Under the pieces are notes generated by a model, which had not been told where the DNA came from, did no database searches, and saw nothing but the letters and a program-made list of their open reading frames with translations. This document shows, piece after piece, positions 1-12,094 of a DNA stretch of 64,000 bases (position 1 is the stretch's first letter; each line of letters begins with the position of its first letter). The stretch is taken from assembly GCA_051294905.1 (NCBI GenBank), contig CM119373.1:25730001-25794000 (forward strand), in the 5' to 3' direction. Made by a program: the position numbers and the translations under genes. The stretch comes from Botryllus schlosseri (lineage: Eukaryota).

Positions 1-26
1 TTTGACTCAATACGCCTTGATTTCAG

Positions 27-141
27 TCTGATACAGGAACGCAGATCAGCATTCTATCTCCGGAATCGAAAGATGTAACGTCGGCTGGCAACTCGCCCAC
101 CACGCAGCCGCTCTTGAAGAAGGAGCCGAATGGAAGAATTG
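27..141 (+). CDS. Probable penultimate coding exon of an unidentified upstream gene (SDTGTQISILSPESKDVTSAGNSPTTQPLLKKEPNGRI)
   Basis: Acceptor ttgatttcag at 26 (alternative at 36), an open frame, and a strong donor TTG|GTAAGA at 141/142 (phase 1). Confidence 0.5.
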
Positions 142-291
142 GTAAGAGCAATCTCGCTAACGATTAGTTCTAACTCTTTTCGACGATGCATTTCCGCATA
201 AAAAGTCAACAAACTCATCTTTACATCAAGTATTCTTGAGGTCAATGTATTACACGTGAATCAGATTTATCTTTTCTTCCTTACGCAACAG

Positions 292-341
292 ATAAGCACA
301 GTACGGGACTTTTTTATGACCTAAATGCGCAGCATGGGTAA
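292..341 (+). CDS. Probable terminal coding exon of the upstream gene ((D)KHSTGLFYDLNAQHG*)
   Basis: Pyrimidine-rich acceptor tttatcttttcttccttacgcaacag at 291 closes a 150-nt intron in phase 1. TAA at 339-341. ATTAAA poly(A)-signal variant at 520-525. Confidence 0.45.
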
Positions 342-3300
342 ATTCCCTCGGTTCATGTCCGAAGGAGATTGCCATTTATTGTGTAGGCCCGACACTTCTC
401 GAAACGTTTATGAAGTAGCCTACACAGATTTATTATTATTATTATATATGTTTATTGTTGTGACATTAGTTGTTGCAAACACGACAGTTTCTAAGGCAAA
501 ATGAGCTTGAATATGGACTATTAAAATTGATTAGGCAAGCCTACGTATTTCGAAAAGCGGTGGTATTGCTTTCGAATATCATGGAAAACTGAAGGCATAT
601 TGGTACGTAGTCGCAAACGCGTTCGAATGTACGCTTACAAAGCCATTTTGCGCATTCGCTGTATACTCGGTGTATTATATCGCCAGACAATTTGGCAGCA
701 AAGTCGACCATATCATCTGTTATTTTCGTGGTCTACGGTTACTTTACAACGATTTGGCTATGTAAACCGGCTAATGGAAACCCTGCTTATTTGCCGTGCG
801 CTGCTACAGTAGTTCATATGCAGCGAATTGTTATGTGACTTCACATTCTCTATGTCGGCGCCGGAAGCAGATTCGTGAGCTTAGTAGGCGGTAGCCGTGA
901 CACATTCAAACTATGAACTCAAATCGTTCATAGTTTAGATTTATTTTAACTATTGCAAAACACGGTAACTGGAAGTATAATGCCATGCCAATCCGTTTTT
1001 AAAACGAAAAGCACTGAAACTCGTTGATATGTATGGCAGAAAACATATGATTACAGAACAGCGTGGGTAGTAATTTCACTTTCCGCACAGTGAGCATTCG
1101 CCGAAATTTCCGAGTGGCCAGCGGACACTTGAAAGGCGTGGTGCGCCCCGGTAAAATGGCCGACGTAATTGAGGTGGGGAGAGCCACATAACCCAGAAAC
1201 AGGGGTATTATTTCCGATAAACAATTCCGTAATTGGCGACGGAAAGAGAATGTGATAGGACAGAGCGATGAAAATTGCCGGTTACATAGTCTATTCATAC
1301 GTCCCCATTGTAAAACAAAGACATAGCCGCTGTCTCGTCCGCAGTTTACCACCCACCACCGCGACGATCCTTGGCATTTACGGCAGACGATGTCGGAAAT
1401 ATATATGAAGAACGCGTTAGGTAAATGTACCGTATGATCGCGCTTGTCGAGAGCCGTTTAGTAACGCATATTTCTCCTGCTTCGGATAATAACATAATAC
1501 CTGTAATATCAGAGTGGCGTGGTTTTGCGCGAAAGCGAACATTATAATATAGCCAGCAATCGAACAGGGGTTTCGTGGTGAAAAAATCATACTTTGTAAC
1601 CAACATATTGAATGCTTTGTCCCGTCTATTTCCGTATTTCCAACTCTTCCTGGAATGCGTACGAGCAAGGTTTTTATTGTTGTTTTGGGTATTCATGGTG
1701 TCTGTGGACTACTATTATAATTTACACCAGGCTAATTTCCTTTATTTTTATTCTGTAGATGCTGACTTTTATCATGGCCCAATTCTAGGCTTTTATAAGA
1801 CACCGGTTACACGGATGAGATGGGGAGGAGGAGCCCAGATAAACCTCCAACACTTGGGTAGGAATTCTGGAGTCTACCTCGCTCGGGCTCGGGCTATAGG
1901 TGTCATTTCCTATACACAAGTGTTAGACTTGCACCTTGAATTGTTCCCTTACAGGTGATTGTTGTTACCTATAGTATAATGTGACGTTGAGAGTGAATGA
2001 ATTCATTTATATACCCACAAAGAATAAGTGTATCATCAAATTGAATGTAATATAGTTACTCCAACTGATGAATAGTGAGGGAACTGTGTATAGTCGCTTC
2101 GTGTATATTCAGAAAACTAACAGTAATTTGTTATGTCGGGCATCTATGTGTCATTTTCATGGTCAGCTTATGTGGAGGGGATTGAGAATCGTAATAACGC
2201 AGAAATTGATGGATCGACATCATTTTTTCCAAGATTCCTAGCTTTTATCAATGGCGCAGTAACGCAATTAATATAAATCCTAATTTTTTTTTTATCATAT
2301 AGTTATATACCGTGACCAAACATAAATCTGTATTATTTACCGCCCCGTAATCATTCATGACCAGTAAATACCGGGACTGCGGGAATTTTGATATAAATGG
2401 TGTCGTGTGACCTCTACGTATCACAAAAAGATTGTCTATTGTATCATCAAATGATCTTTACCGTAAAGATACTTCAACATATTTTGAACTCAATGCTATA
2501 ACTGTAATGTGTCATTTGAGCCCGAATAAAGCCCGCTAAATCGGCTTACTGCCACATCTCGTCAGTATATCTCCAATAACGCCAGTTGCGTCGCTGTAAA
2601 TCGCCACTTACCCGATCCCAATAGACACATAGATATACTATCGAGATTACCGCACTTCTATTTTTGCATCTTTGCATAATGGCATGAATATGTACGGTAA
2701 TCCTAGAATATTACTGGAAATACCCGTGCTATGAAAATAGCATTAGAGATTGTAGACCGCTTTAGGTTTGCGGAAGTGAGAAATGTAGAAACATAAATTC
2801 AAATACTATTTTTTCGAATACCAGCAAAATCCATGATAAACATTCATATCATATTACATCTCTTTCAAGTAAACATCTATCGTATATGTACATATAGGCA
2901 TATAGCGTCCATGGGCAGTGGGATTCAGAGACCCGATTTTAGGGAGAGACGAAATCGCAATTCCGGTTTGAAAGAGTCCGATGTATGATCGGAAGACTCT
3001 ACTCTAAAAATTCCAAATCTTACGAGACATTTTTGTTATCCGAGGTATACGAATTGTACTATTTAGGGAAGAATTGCTCACCACAAACGATATCGGCTAT
3101 AATATATGTAATACAATAATTATAAAATCCTCGCTACGGATTCCATCATAATCAACACTTAGAGGTCGACCTATTGAGGAGAATGCACCCACGCAATAGA
3201 ACCTCAGCCAACGTTCAACTTCATTAATTTTGTCAGTTGCTAAAATCCGTGCAAGCCTATCGATGTATCTCACCAGTGTCGTGACATCATCGAATGTAGA

Positions 3301-4130
3301 TTTGAGAGCAATTGCATCGCAAGCATAAGCGTATATATTGATAATAAAATCTCTAATGACGAGCCGCGATTTATCCATGTTGTCTGCTCTAAATCCCTTT
3401 GGATTACTCTCGAGACATTGGCGGATTTCGGCCACGGTAAATCCATTAATATGTCGAATGTGGACCTGTTATTACATTTCAAGTCAGGAAAATTGTTGGG
3501 AACAAATAATTGACCACGTTTATCCACTAAGGTGGCCCCATTCGTAATGACCCGAAAATATATAAGTCTAATATTACAATATTGTGACTACCGGATAATT
3601 AAATTATTTTGAAACTCAGCCACTTGATTTGATATCATTCATCTCGTCGATTAGGCGCAACAAGATACTTTGGTTATGAATAGAGAAAAATCCTATAGGC
3701 AAGTGATATATGACCAAATCTGGCCAAACAAGTCAAGTGGAAGTAGAAGTAGCGCCGTACCCTTTTACTCAACAACAAGTAGAAGTAACAATTCCAAAGC
3801 TAGATCAAAACTACATCAAATAGGAGTACAAAAGGTATTCACGAGTAATTATTTTCATAACTTACACACCGTGGCAAGATGTATTTGCGGCTTTGGTTCA
3901 GGTCCGTACACGCTTTATAAAATTGCTCCTGGTTGAAAATCTCATGGCATTAAATCGCCGCACCTCGACTTCCGTTTCGAGTTCGGTAAGTGCTCATCAG
4001 TTCTCTGATTCTTTTGTCTCAATGTTTGGGTCAGCAAGGACGGGAGATGTAACGGATAGGCACCGTTGTAAATATTATGATCGATTCGTGCGCCTTAGCG
4101 TCGACTTTAATCAAAATACGCCAACCTAGT

Positions 4131-4178
4131 GTACCAACTGAAGGAGTTCGCGTACCAACTGAAGGAGTTCGCGTACCA
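4131..4178. repeat. 21-bp tandem repeat, about 2.3 copies
   Basis: gtaccaactgaaggagttcgc twice, followed by gtacca. Confidence 0.95.
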
Positions 4179-4276
4179 TCTAAAAATAGTACATTGAGAT
4201 GAAGCGATCGATTCGCCCCGACGATTCGAAATTTTATGCCGACGACGACATATTTGGTGATGCGATTGTTGTTATA

Positions 4277-4342
4277 CACTGCTCTTTCAAATTCTCTAGT
4301 AGTTCGCCTACTGACGATTACCCCTGACGAGTGTTTGATTTT
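4277..4342 (-). mobile_element. Partial copy of the 5909-6084 foldback element
   Basis: ctgacgattacccctgacgagtgt...tttcaatacgaatatacta is the reverse complement of the left arm at 5909. The adjacent sequence matches the spacer. Confidence 0.7.
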
Positions 4343-4887
4343 ATTTCAATACGAATATACTAATTAATTAGGCTACATCTAAAAGTTGTGTACCTCCCAG
4401 AATCCCTCGAAACAAAGTAAAACAATTCGACAAGAAACTGGCACCAAAAAAGACGGTTGAATAGGATATATCCATATAGCAATCAATTTCCATTTATATG
4501 GACTTTGACATGTGTCCTTACTAGCATGTGTTTATCCCTAAATAATTAGGATTCTGCATCAATGTTGCGCGAGGACTGAATTTGTTAGGGCTCAGTTCAT
4601 TCTGCAAACATTCTAAGCACATGTAGAATAGATCCAGGCACTTTGAGTGCAGGTAGTGACAGATAGCAACCAAGCATTCTTGCTATGAAAACTATTGCTT
4701 TTAACCGCCCTGCATAGGTCCGCTTTGTTATCGTCCGACCACGAAGAGACCTTACTTCGCCTTCCTTTTCCTGACCGATTAGCAAACAACGCTGCTGCTA
4801 TTATAGATTCTGGAGCAATTGCGACACTTACATCCCCATTTGCCCAGCTCATAGCCCAACGTAATATCGGAACTAAGAGTTGTGAAA

Positions 4888-5010
4888 TGATCAATGCACA
4901 TTGCACAACCTTTCATTCTTTACACCCTAGATGGCGCTATTGAACAATCTAGCAATGCGATCCCAAGCTCTCTGTGCAACGGGTGTGCAATGTGCAATGT
5001 GCATTTATCA
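4888..5010. repeat. 20-bp inverted repeat (1 mismatch) with 83-bp spacer; possible MITE relic
   Basis: tgatcaatgcacattgcaca (4888-4907) versus tgtgcaatgtgcatttatca (4991-5010). Confidence 0.75.
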
Positions 5011-5908
5011 AGGGGCTTTGCACTACGCACTCAAGGGGTCATGATTTCAAACTAGTCTAACTTCTATTCATCAGTTTTCAGCCGTGTAGTTAACAGTAGG
5101 GCTCGCATATGTGCTTCTATACGGCTTCTTTAGTACCAACGATGACTACTTCATCCACCTCTATTAATAATCTCCTTATCCCGTATTAATTTAAGGACTC
5201 TCTCATTTATGACGCGCAAGTCGAAAGTTAGGGGGATAAACTGATCATAAACAAATCATAGTCAGTATTTGGTGCGGAATATTCATACCTGCTTGGTTAT
5301 AATCAAGGGGATGCCGGTTCCGTAAAATGGATGTAACGCTGGCAACGATACCGGTTTTAAAATGTGATCAGATATCCGCCAGGTATCGCTATAACCTCGC
5401 AACTCCGTGTGTATAATTTCCGCTCAAATTACGAATCCGAGGCAACATGCGCGACGCGCGTACCTCGGTAAGCGGGTGAAGTTGTTGATGGAGTTGGTCA
5501 GTGAATAAGTAGGCCTACCTCTACTTTTCCAGAGTGCTGAAGCTGGATTTGCTTACTTGCACTGCTTTTCAAGTCGTTATACTTTTAGGCGACTTTCTCC
5601 AATTCCACTTAGCTGTTTGGTAGGTAACACTAGTTACTTGTCCTACGTTGGGTACGACAGCAGTTTTGACATACGTCCGAATCATTGTTATGAGTGAAAT
5701 ATCAACAACAATTAGGTGAAATAGCCGCTGTGTGATGGTAACTGAATATCTTTTCGAATGTCGCTTATATTTCTAGTGATTTCAGTCAGTTTACTCGCGA
5801 AGATACATCCTACATCACCTAATGTAACCAACCACCCATGATGAGCCCCTCGACCAAATTTAATTTCTGAAGAGCTTCTTAGGGGTACAGTGCTTCAATA
5901 TACAATTG

Positions 5909-6084
5909 AGTAGTATATTCATATTGAAATAGACCCGAATAGTCTCGGCTGACACTCGTCAGGGGCAATCGTCAGCAACCAGCAGAGAATTCAAAAGAAC
6001 ATTGTATCTCTACTACGTGCTGACAATTACCCCTGACGTGTGTCAGCCAAAAATATTGGGGTTCATTTCAATATGAATACCACT
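5909..6084. mobile_element. Foldback/palindromic MITE with about 65-70-bp imperfect arms
   Basis: Left arm tattcatattgaaat...ggctgacactcgtcaggggcaatcgtcagca pairs with right arm tgctgacaattacccctgacgtgtgtcagcc...atttcaatatgaatac. A second partial copy lies at 4277. Confidence 0.8.
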
Positions 6085-6716
6085 TTCTTCTTGCGTGCTT
6101 CTAAGACAGTGGTTCTCAACCTTTTTTTTGTTGTCGGACCCCTTTTGACCGTCAGTGACCCCGAGGACCCCCTTTAGTTTTGGTTCAAATTTAGCTCAAT
6201 TATCGTGCGACCGTGATATGACTTGTCCAAACTTTATCTGTAGGATAGTGATAAACTGCAACAAAATTACATATCTTATAAATAACATCATGCATTATGT
6301 AGAAATTGCATTGATTTTTTTTATTTCAAAGCTAATTTTTCTGGTGCATTTATTGGTGTGCTGACAATCCACTTCAACAAAGATCGTTGGTGGCTATTTT
6401 AATATTAACTGGTAACGCTTCCGACGACACCCGCACCAAAATTGAGAAACAGATTTTTTAATGAACGTCCAGCCTAACCATTGCTATCTAGTAGTGCGGG
6501 GCGGATCGACAAATTATTTGGTCCGACTCCGATCCTGTTCCACAATCCTCTGGTCCGACTCCACTCCGACTCCGAGGCCGGATACTTGAAATGAGCGATA
6601 TCCGATCCAAAAAACTCCGATAATATTCATGTACGACTAGCTATTTCCAGTTAACAACAAATGCAGTAGTAGGCAATGGGTTCAGGTTATATTCAAAAAA
6701 AAGAAACATGGCATTG

Positions 6717-6900
6717 AAACTCACAGCTTTGTATGGAATATGAAAACTACACAAACACTACATAAACACTCCCAGGCTGGTATCGAATATAAAAAGACAA
6801 GGTAGGCTACATGGTAACAAAAACTCACAGGTTTGTATGGGATATGAAAACTACACTCACAGGCTGGTATCGAATTAAAAATGACAAGGTAGACTATATG
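6717..6900. repeat. Imperfect tandem duplication (period about 104 bp) inside the hAT element
   Basis: aaactcacag(c/g)tttgtatgg(a/g)atatgaaaactacac...caggctggtatcgaat...gacaaggtag occurs twice. Confidence 0.85.
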
Positions 6901-7921
6901 CGGTCAACGACTTGCAACGAGATATTGTATCAGAAACTTTTTCTATCATGTCAGTATCAGACAGAACTATAGGGCAGTGACTATGCACGGACATCGAGGG
7001 CTGTAACGTGTGCTGCAGGACAGTCGGCAACATGTGGCAAGCACATGTCAGTCTCTGATGTGTTGTCGGTGCAGATCTTATATTGCTTGCGTCATCTGTT
7101 ACAAAATAACAGAAGTCTAGCATAGAGCTAGATAGTCCAATCTCAGTGCAACATTCCTATATTTTATTTAGCAGATTTACACCTGATTTCTGCTCCTCAA
7201 ACTTTGTTGCAGATATTGCTACAGAGTGCAACTTTTCTTCGCGAATGTAATGGGCTGTCAGTGACATGTAATGTCTGCTTTTGACATCAGCCCACATATC
7301 CGTGGTGAGCTCAATCATCCCATATTCGCCAATAGTCGCTTTCACAATGATAGAAATTTTTTCCTTCTCCAGTGCAGCACGGCTTAGAACTTCCCTTTTA
7401 ACGGTATGTCTGGATGGGATTATTTCTTCAGCATTCATTCGATCATACACGGACCCTATATCCATAAATGTTTGAGCAAGTTCGACAAAACCATCATCCT
7501 CTGAAGATCGGAATGGTCTCAAATCCTTTACAATGAATGATGTGGCTGCTTTGAGCAATTGTACCTCGGCCTTAGTCGGAAGCGGAGCAGATTTTTTTTG
7601 TCAGAAAGGATGACATTGAACGTTGGCCCGCTGATGGTATGACTTTCGACACACTGCATCTGGTTTTGATATGAGTGGCTTAATGTGTTGTGCCACTGTT
7701 CTTTCTCTCATGCTTGAATGTCAAACCACCATGCCGACAGAGAACAAATCCTGAGTAGTCACCGCCCTCCTCACTTCACTGGTGCCAGGGCCAGTTGGCA
7801 AGGCAAAACTCTTCCACACCTCACTTTTATTTCCCTTCACATCAACCGCGTTTGCTTTCCCTTCTTCATACAAGGCTTTTGCTATTTTCGATGATCCTAT
7901 AATACTAGGATTACCAGCCAT
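6875..7921 (-). pseudogene. Decayed, C-terminally truncated hAT transposase
   Basis: Frameshifted pieces: BED-finger-like KSEVWKSF...GFVLC...SGTTH*, then DLRPF...GF and LTTDMW...YMSLTAHY (ORF 7157-7558), then FVTDDASNI...RLTCACHML (ORF 6875-7123). No hATC dimerisation domain before the TIR. Confidence 0.9.
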
Positions 7922-10900
7922 CTCACTGCACGCTAAGGAGACCGCATCGACCACATACAGTGGAAACAAGGATGATGGAGGTAATAAATGCTTAGTCATA
8001 TAATAAATGCTGCGATTGAATGAGTTAGCATAAATTTTGGTCATGGCTCAGTGATTTTACAGATATGGCTCGGTTATTTTCTCACTGTGGTCGGAAGTTA
8101 CTATAGTCATGCTGTGGCCGGATCAAGAATATACTGATCCGGCTCCGATCCGGCTCCGGCCGTAGCAGAAAAAATACTGATCCGGCTCCGATCCGGCCCG
8201 ACCAAAATTGAAAAAATCCGGCCGGATATCCGATCCGGCTCCGGTCCATGCCCCGCACTACTATCTAGCAGCTCATCTTGAAGTTATTCTTGAATAGTGT
8301 TCATGTAGGCTATATTACAAAAGAGAATGGATCAAAAATTTCCATTTCTAGCCAGTGCTCACTAGTTTGCTGAGACTGACAACTTGTAAACATTTCGAAG
8401 TCACCCTGATTGACCTTACTACTCTAACTTTCTATTTTTTCACAATCCCCGACATCTTCAAATAGCAGTAAATATGTTTGTATCATTAGGCTGCTGTCAA
8501 TTTATCATAAGTTTGCACGGTAGAATATTTTATTTCCGACGGCCATTTTTGTAATGTGAGTTGAGAAGTTTTACCAGTTATGAAGCAAATCAGTTTCGTG
8601 ATTTACCTAATTGAAAAAATTACAAATCAGGCGATCAATCATTTTGTATATTTAAAGGTCTCGCGGACCCCCTGAAAATGCTGCGCGAACCCCCGGCTGA
8701 GATCCACTGTTCTCTAAGACGTTCATTTGCTATTTGCACTTGAAGTATGACATCTTCAAAATCCCTGATTATACGCTTTATCGAGTAGAAATTTACGGCA
8801 TTCCTTTGCCTTCTAGTTCAGTACCAACGCTAGCTACTTGGTCACCTCTGCATATTACATGAATAACATTTTCTAATATCCAATTAACACTAAAGCGAAT
8901 AATACGACGACAAATCACGGATAATTTCGATTAGTTAAACGTGTAGGCTAGCCCGCGACGCTTAGACGCGTCTATGAGGGCATAGTTGTCAGCATTCAGC
9001 AACAATTAAATCAATAATCGATCACGAAAACTATCGACTGAAGCCTGCTACTTCACGCTGTCAATACACAAATCTGTATGGGCCGTAGACGAAATCAGTT
9101 CTGCTGTCCGGTAGTTGGCGGCAAAGAGTCGACCACCATATTTTTTTCGGTCCGCAAATCAAGATACAGCGCTCCCGACTATCTTAGTTTCCTTGACAAG
9201 AGTAGCTAGGATAATATAATGAATTGTTTGGCGGAGAGCTGTTTTCTTTTTGGATCTGAGCTAATCACGGGTGCAGTTGCCTATCTAACTACATACAGTA
9301 TTAGCACAGTTGCAATATGTGTGAATTTCATAAATACTATTCGAGTTCAATGTGTCAGCAAGAGATGAAAATATAATACCAGAGAAATGCAGGTAGAGTG
9401 GTGAGGATAGTAGCCTATTACTTTTCCAAACTTTGATATTGACCATCACTGCTATCTAGACGAGGTACTGCGTATACCTTTTGGTCGGGGTTTCAGCCTA
9501 TACAAAGACGTCGTTGGTTCAGGTTGTAAGACAGCTTCACAGGCTTATTTGTGTTGAGTCGTGAAACTTAAAAGTCAGATTTACGTCACAGAAACATGAA
9601 TAGTTCACGGCTTAGCTTATTAAGTACGCGGATGATCCCAAATTTAAGACCTCGAAGTATAGTAGATCTTGCAGCGTTATCACGGTCACGGTAATTTTAC
9701 GCTTAATCCGCGGTCATTTAATGAACTATACCATACCTTCTAATCTCGCTATGAACACAAATCAACAATTACGCCAACTTGAGAAATACCCAGCATCCAA
9801 CGCATTGCATCTGTTGGCTAGTGATATTTGATAGGCCGTACGCCCGCGTCGATGATAGCCGCGCAAGTCCAGATAAAATGGACGCAGTCAAAATACGGCT
9901 CGGGCTATTTCAGTTGAACGCGCCCGTGGGGAATACCATTCAGGGTATCTGAATTATATTCTACGCCGACTGCATACCCGAGGAATAGCCGAAATGCCCG
10001 AAGAACTGTAATCTTGCAACGTATCCAAGGTCTGCGCCACATGATACCATATCATGGAGCTAATACCTGCCCTATAACGTCTGGCGATAACTGTTGTAGT
10101 CCACAAGAAATTCAGTTTTTAGCAAATTCCTAGCTGTTGTGATTGGATAATTGAAAGAGCGATAATCAGTCGTAGAATAAGGCAAATCAGTCACCACTTC
10201 TCCAGCACTAAAATTAATTAAAATACAGAATGCATAGCTTGTGGTAGTCCACTTCTAATTCTAAATTTTGTCGCATGCTTTGCATTTCGTGTCGCCATAA
10301 ATATTAAGGGTGCTGTTAACAGCAAGATTTTTGGTCTAAATGCCTTCTACTTTTCCTTTAAGTGTCTGCTGTGGTGGGAGCTCCTCACAGGGCTACATAG
10401 TTTCTAGCGATGTGTGCGCCATCTTGAATGTGCGACCGAGTCTTATAGGTATCTGCACCGGTGTGAAATTACCGAGTCTCACATTTTAGTGAATTGAGAC
10501 TAAAGGTCGGCTTCACCAAAAGATATCCTTGTATTTAGTTTATATGATATCCTGTTCATTTCGTATTTATATCGTCCTATTCCAATCCGTAACATTTTCA
10601 AACTGGAGGCATTAGCACTTTGTAAAATCCGTATAGTATCTTAACTCCTGTAGTATTTCTTCGTATTAAAGGTGATTTACAGCCTAGTCTGTAAGAAAAA
10701 TGCAGACCTTGCTATGTATAAACGGTTTCGGGGTAATTGTATCGAAGTGGATATAAGTGAGAGGTGATGCCTACTTGGTAACCAACCAGACTGCCTGTTA
10801 TATCGCCGGTGCCACACTCACGACATGGATTAAAAACCACCGGTCACCGCCCATATACCTCTCGAATATACGCACATAATTCATCCATGTATAACGTGGA

Positions 10901-11457
10901 TGAAGAGGGCATCGCGCGATGATTAAACCGTAATGCACTGATGAAATATACAATCGATTAGATATCTTTTAAGCCCTCGCATATTGGTCGAGGTGTCTCA
11001 ATCACCAATCGGGGAATTAAGTGCAGATTTCGGGGGAAACGAGGCGCGCGCGATCGCTTGAAAAAATAAACGAAGCCGGAGAACAACGCAGATTGATCGA
11101 ATATCCTTTTTGATTATATTTTTACAATGAGTATGGACACCGGCGCACGAAAAAAAGAGAAAAAATATTCCCACCCGAATATATAGAAACGCTGGAAAGT
11201 CGCGTATGGCGTAGTTTTCGGGAGGTAGGGATTGTGATGATTTTCGTGAATACTCTCCTTGCGAACTCTAGCTCGTAAAGATGATTGGTTATCTACATAC
11301 GCTACAAGTAGCACAGTGTCAAGTATACGGGCACTGGTGCGGAATGTGCATTTACGCGTTGAGATATTGCTTAAAAGAGGGGATGACGATTTATTGGTTC
11401 TATCGGTCGATTGGAGCACAGTGTGACGAAGGAGCAAGTCTTATTCTTGACATTGAG

Positions 11458-11819
11458 CATTGGTTCCCAAACTTTTCTGAGCATTTAGGCTACCTGGTAG
11501 ACCCATTGAAATTATTTGGGCATTTCGTGGCTGCCTATAGAAGCCAAAGAATGTCATAGGGAAATGCAAAACCGCCCCACTGAAGGAAAAAGTCAAAACT
11601 ATCAAATGCGGCAAGCGTTTGGTGTACTTGTATAGTTGCTTTGGTTAAATTAAGTCTTCATAGTTGGGTTTATTTTAGATAGCGCAACTCTCATGCCGTG
11701 TACTACATCCAGTAAGTTTCGGTTGTTGTTTCTCATATCGATTTAATTCTCATTGTGGGCCCTCGCAAACTTCTGTACGGACCCCAGGCGGCGCGCGGAC
11801 CACAGTTTGGAAACCATTG
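11458..11819. mobile_element. hAT-type MITE just upstream of the Pitx promoter
   Basis: TIRs cattggttcccaaact and agtttggaaaccattg with subterminal gcggaccac/ggacccc motifs. TSD not preserved. Confidence 0.65.
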
Positions 11820-12044
11820 AGATACAGAAGGTCTTGTTTGCGTACGCATTGTTGTAGCCATGTACCCGATTATTACATACCTATAGTCAGAATTACGTAC
11901 ATGTAGTCGAATATGTTGTCAGTTTCAGTCACTAGGTGATAATTCGATACAAAGTGTTACCGCCAGATTTACTTCCGGGCGTATGAGCTAATTTATGTAC
12001 GACAGACCGTAAAAAATATGTCTTGTACGCAACAGGTTCTGTAC

Positions 12045-12050
12045 TATAAA
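12045..12050 (+). promoter_or_regulatory. TATA box of the proximal Pitx promoter
   Basis: TATAAA(T) ending 45 nt upstream of the exon-1 ATG. Confidence 0.5.
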
Positions 12051-12094
12051 TCACTGATTAGAAAACAGCTTGCTTAGACACCGTGTTCGCTGCA

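Larger units (their letters stand above)
6492..8260 (-). mobile_element. Internally deleted Ac/hobo/Hermes-family hAT DNA transposon
   Basis: TIRs TAGTGCGGGGC and GCCCCGCACTA. Perfect 8-bp TSD ctatctag (6484-6491, 8261-8268). Subterminal tccgatccggctcc repeats and internal transposase fragments. Confidence 0.95.
6107..8709. mobile_element. hAT-type MITE (CAGTGG ends), interrupted by a nested hAT element
   Basis: TIRs cagtggttctcaacc and ggctgagatccactg with subterminal ggacccc motifs. Approximate TSD ttctaaga / (tt)ctctaaga. Confidence 0.75.

Noticed and set aside
27-141. Exon as a Pitx2b-like cassette (SPESK resembles the SPESR of vertebrate Pitx2b)
   Set aside because: A strong acceptor 150 nt downstream gives an in-frame terminal exon and a poly(A) signal, so a separate upstream gene is the simpler explanation. 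The five-residue similarity is not significant.
5447-5473. ATG...TCG|GTAAGC mini-exon candidate
   Set aside because: The donor is phase 0 and incompatible with Pitx exon 2 (phase 1), and there is no other support.
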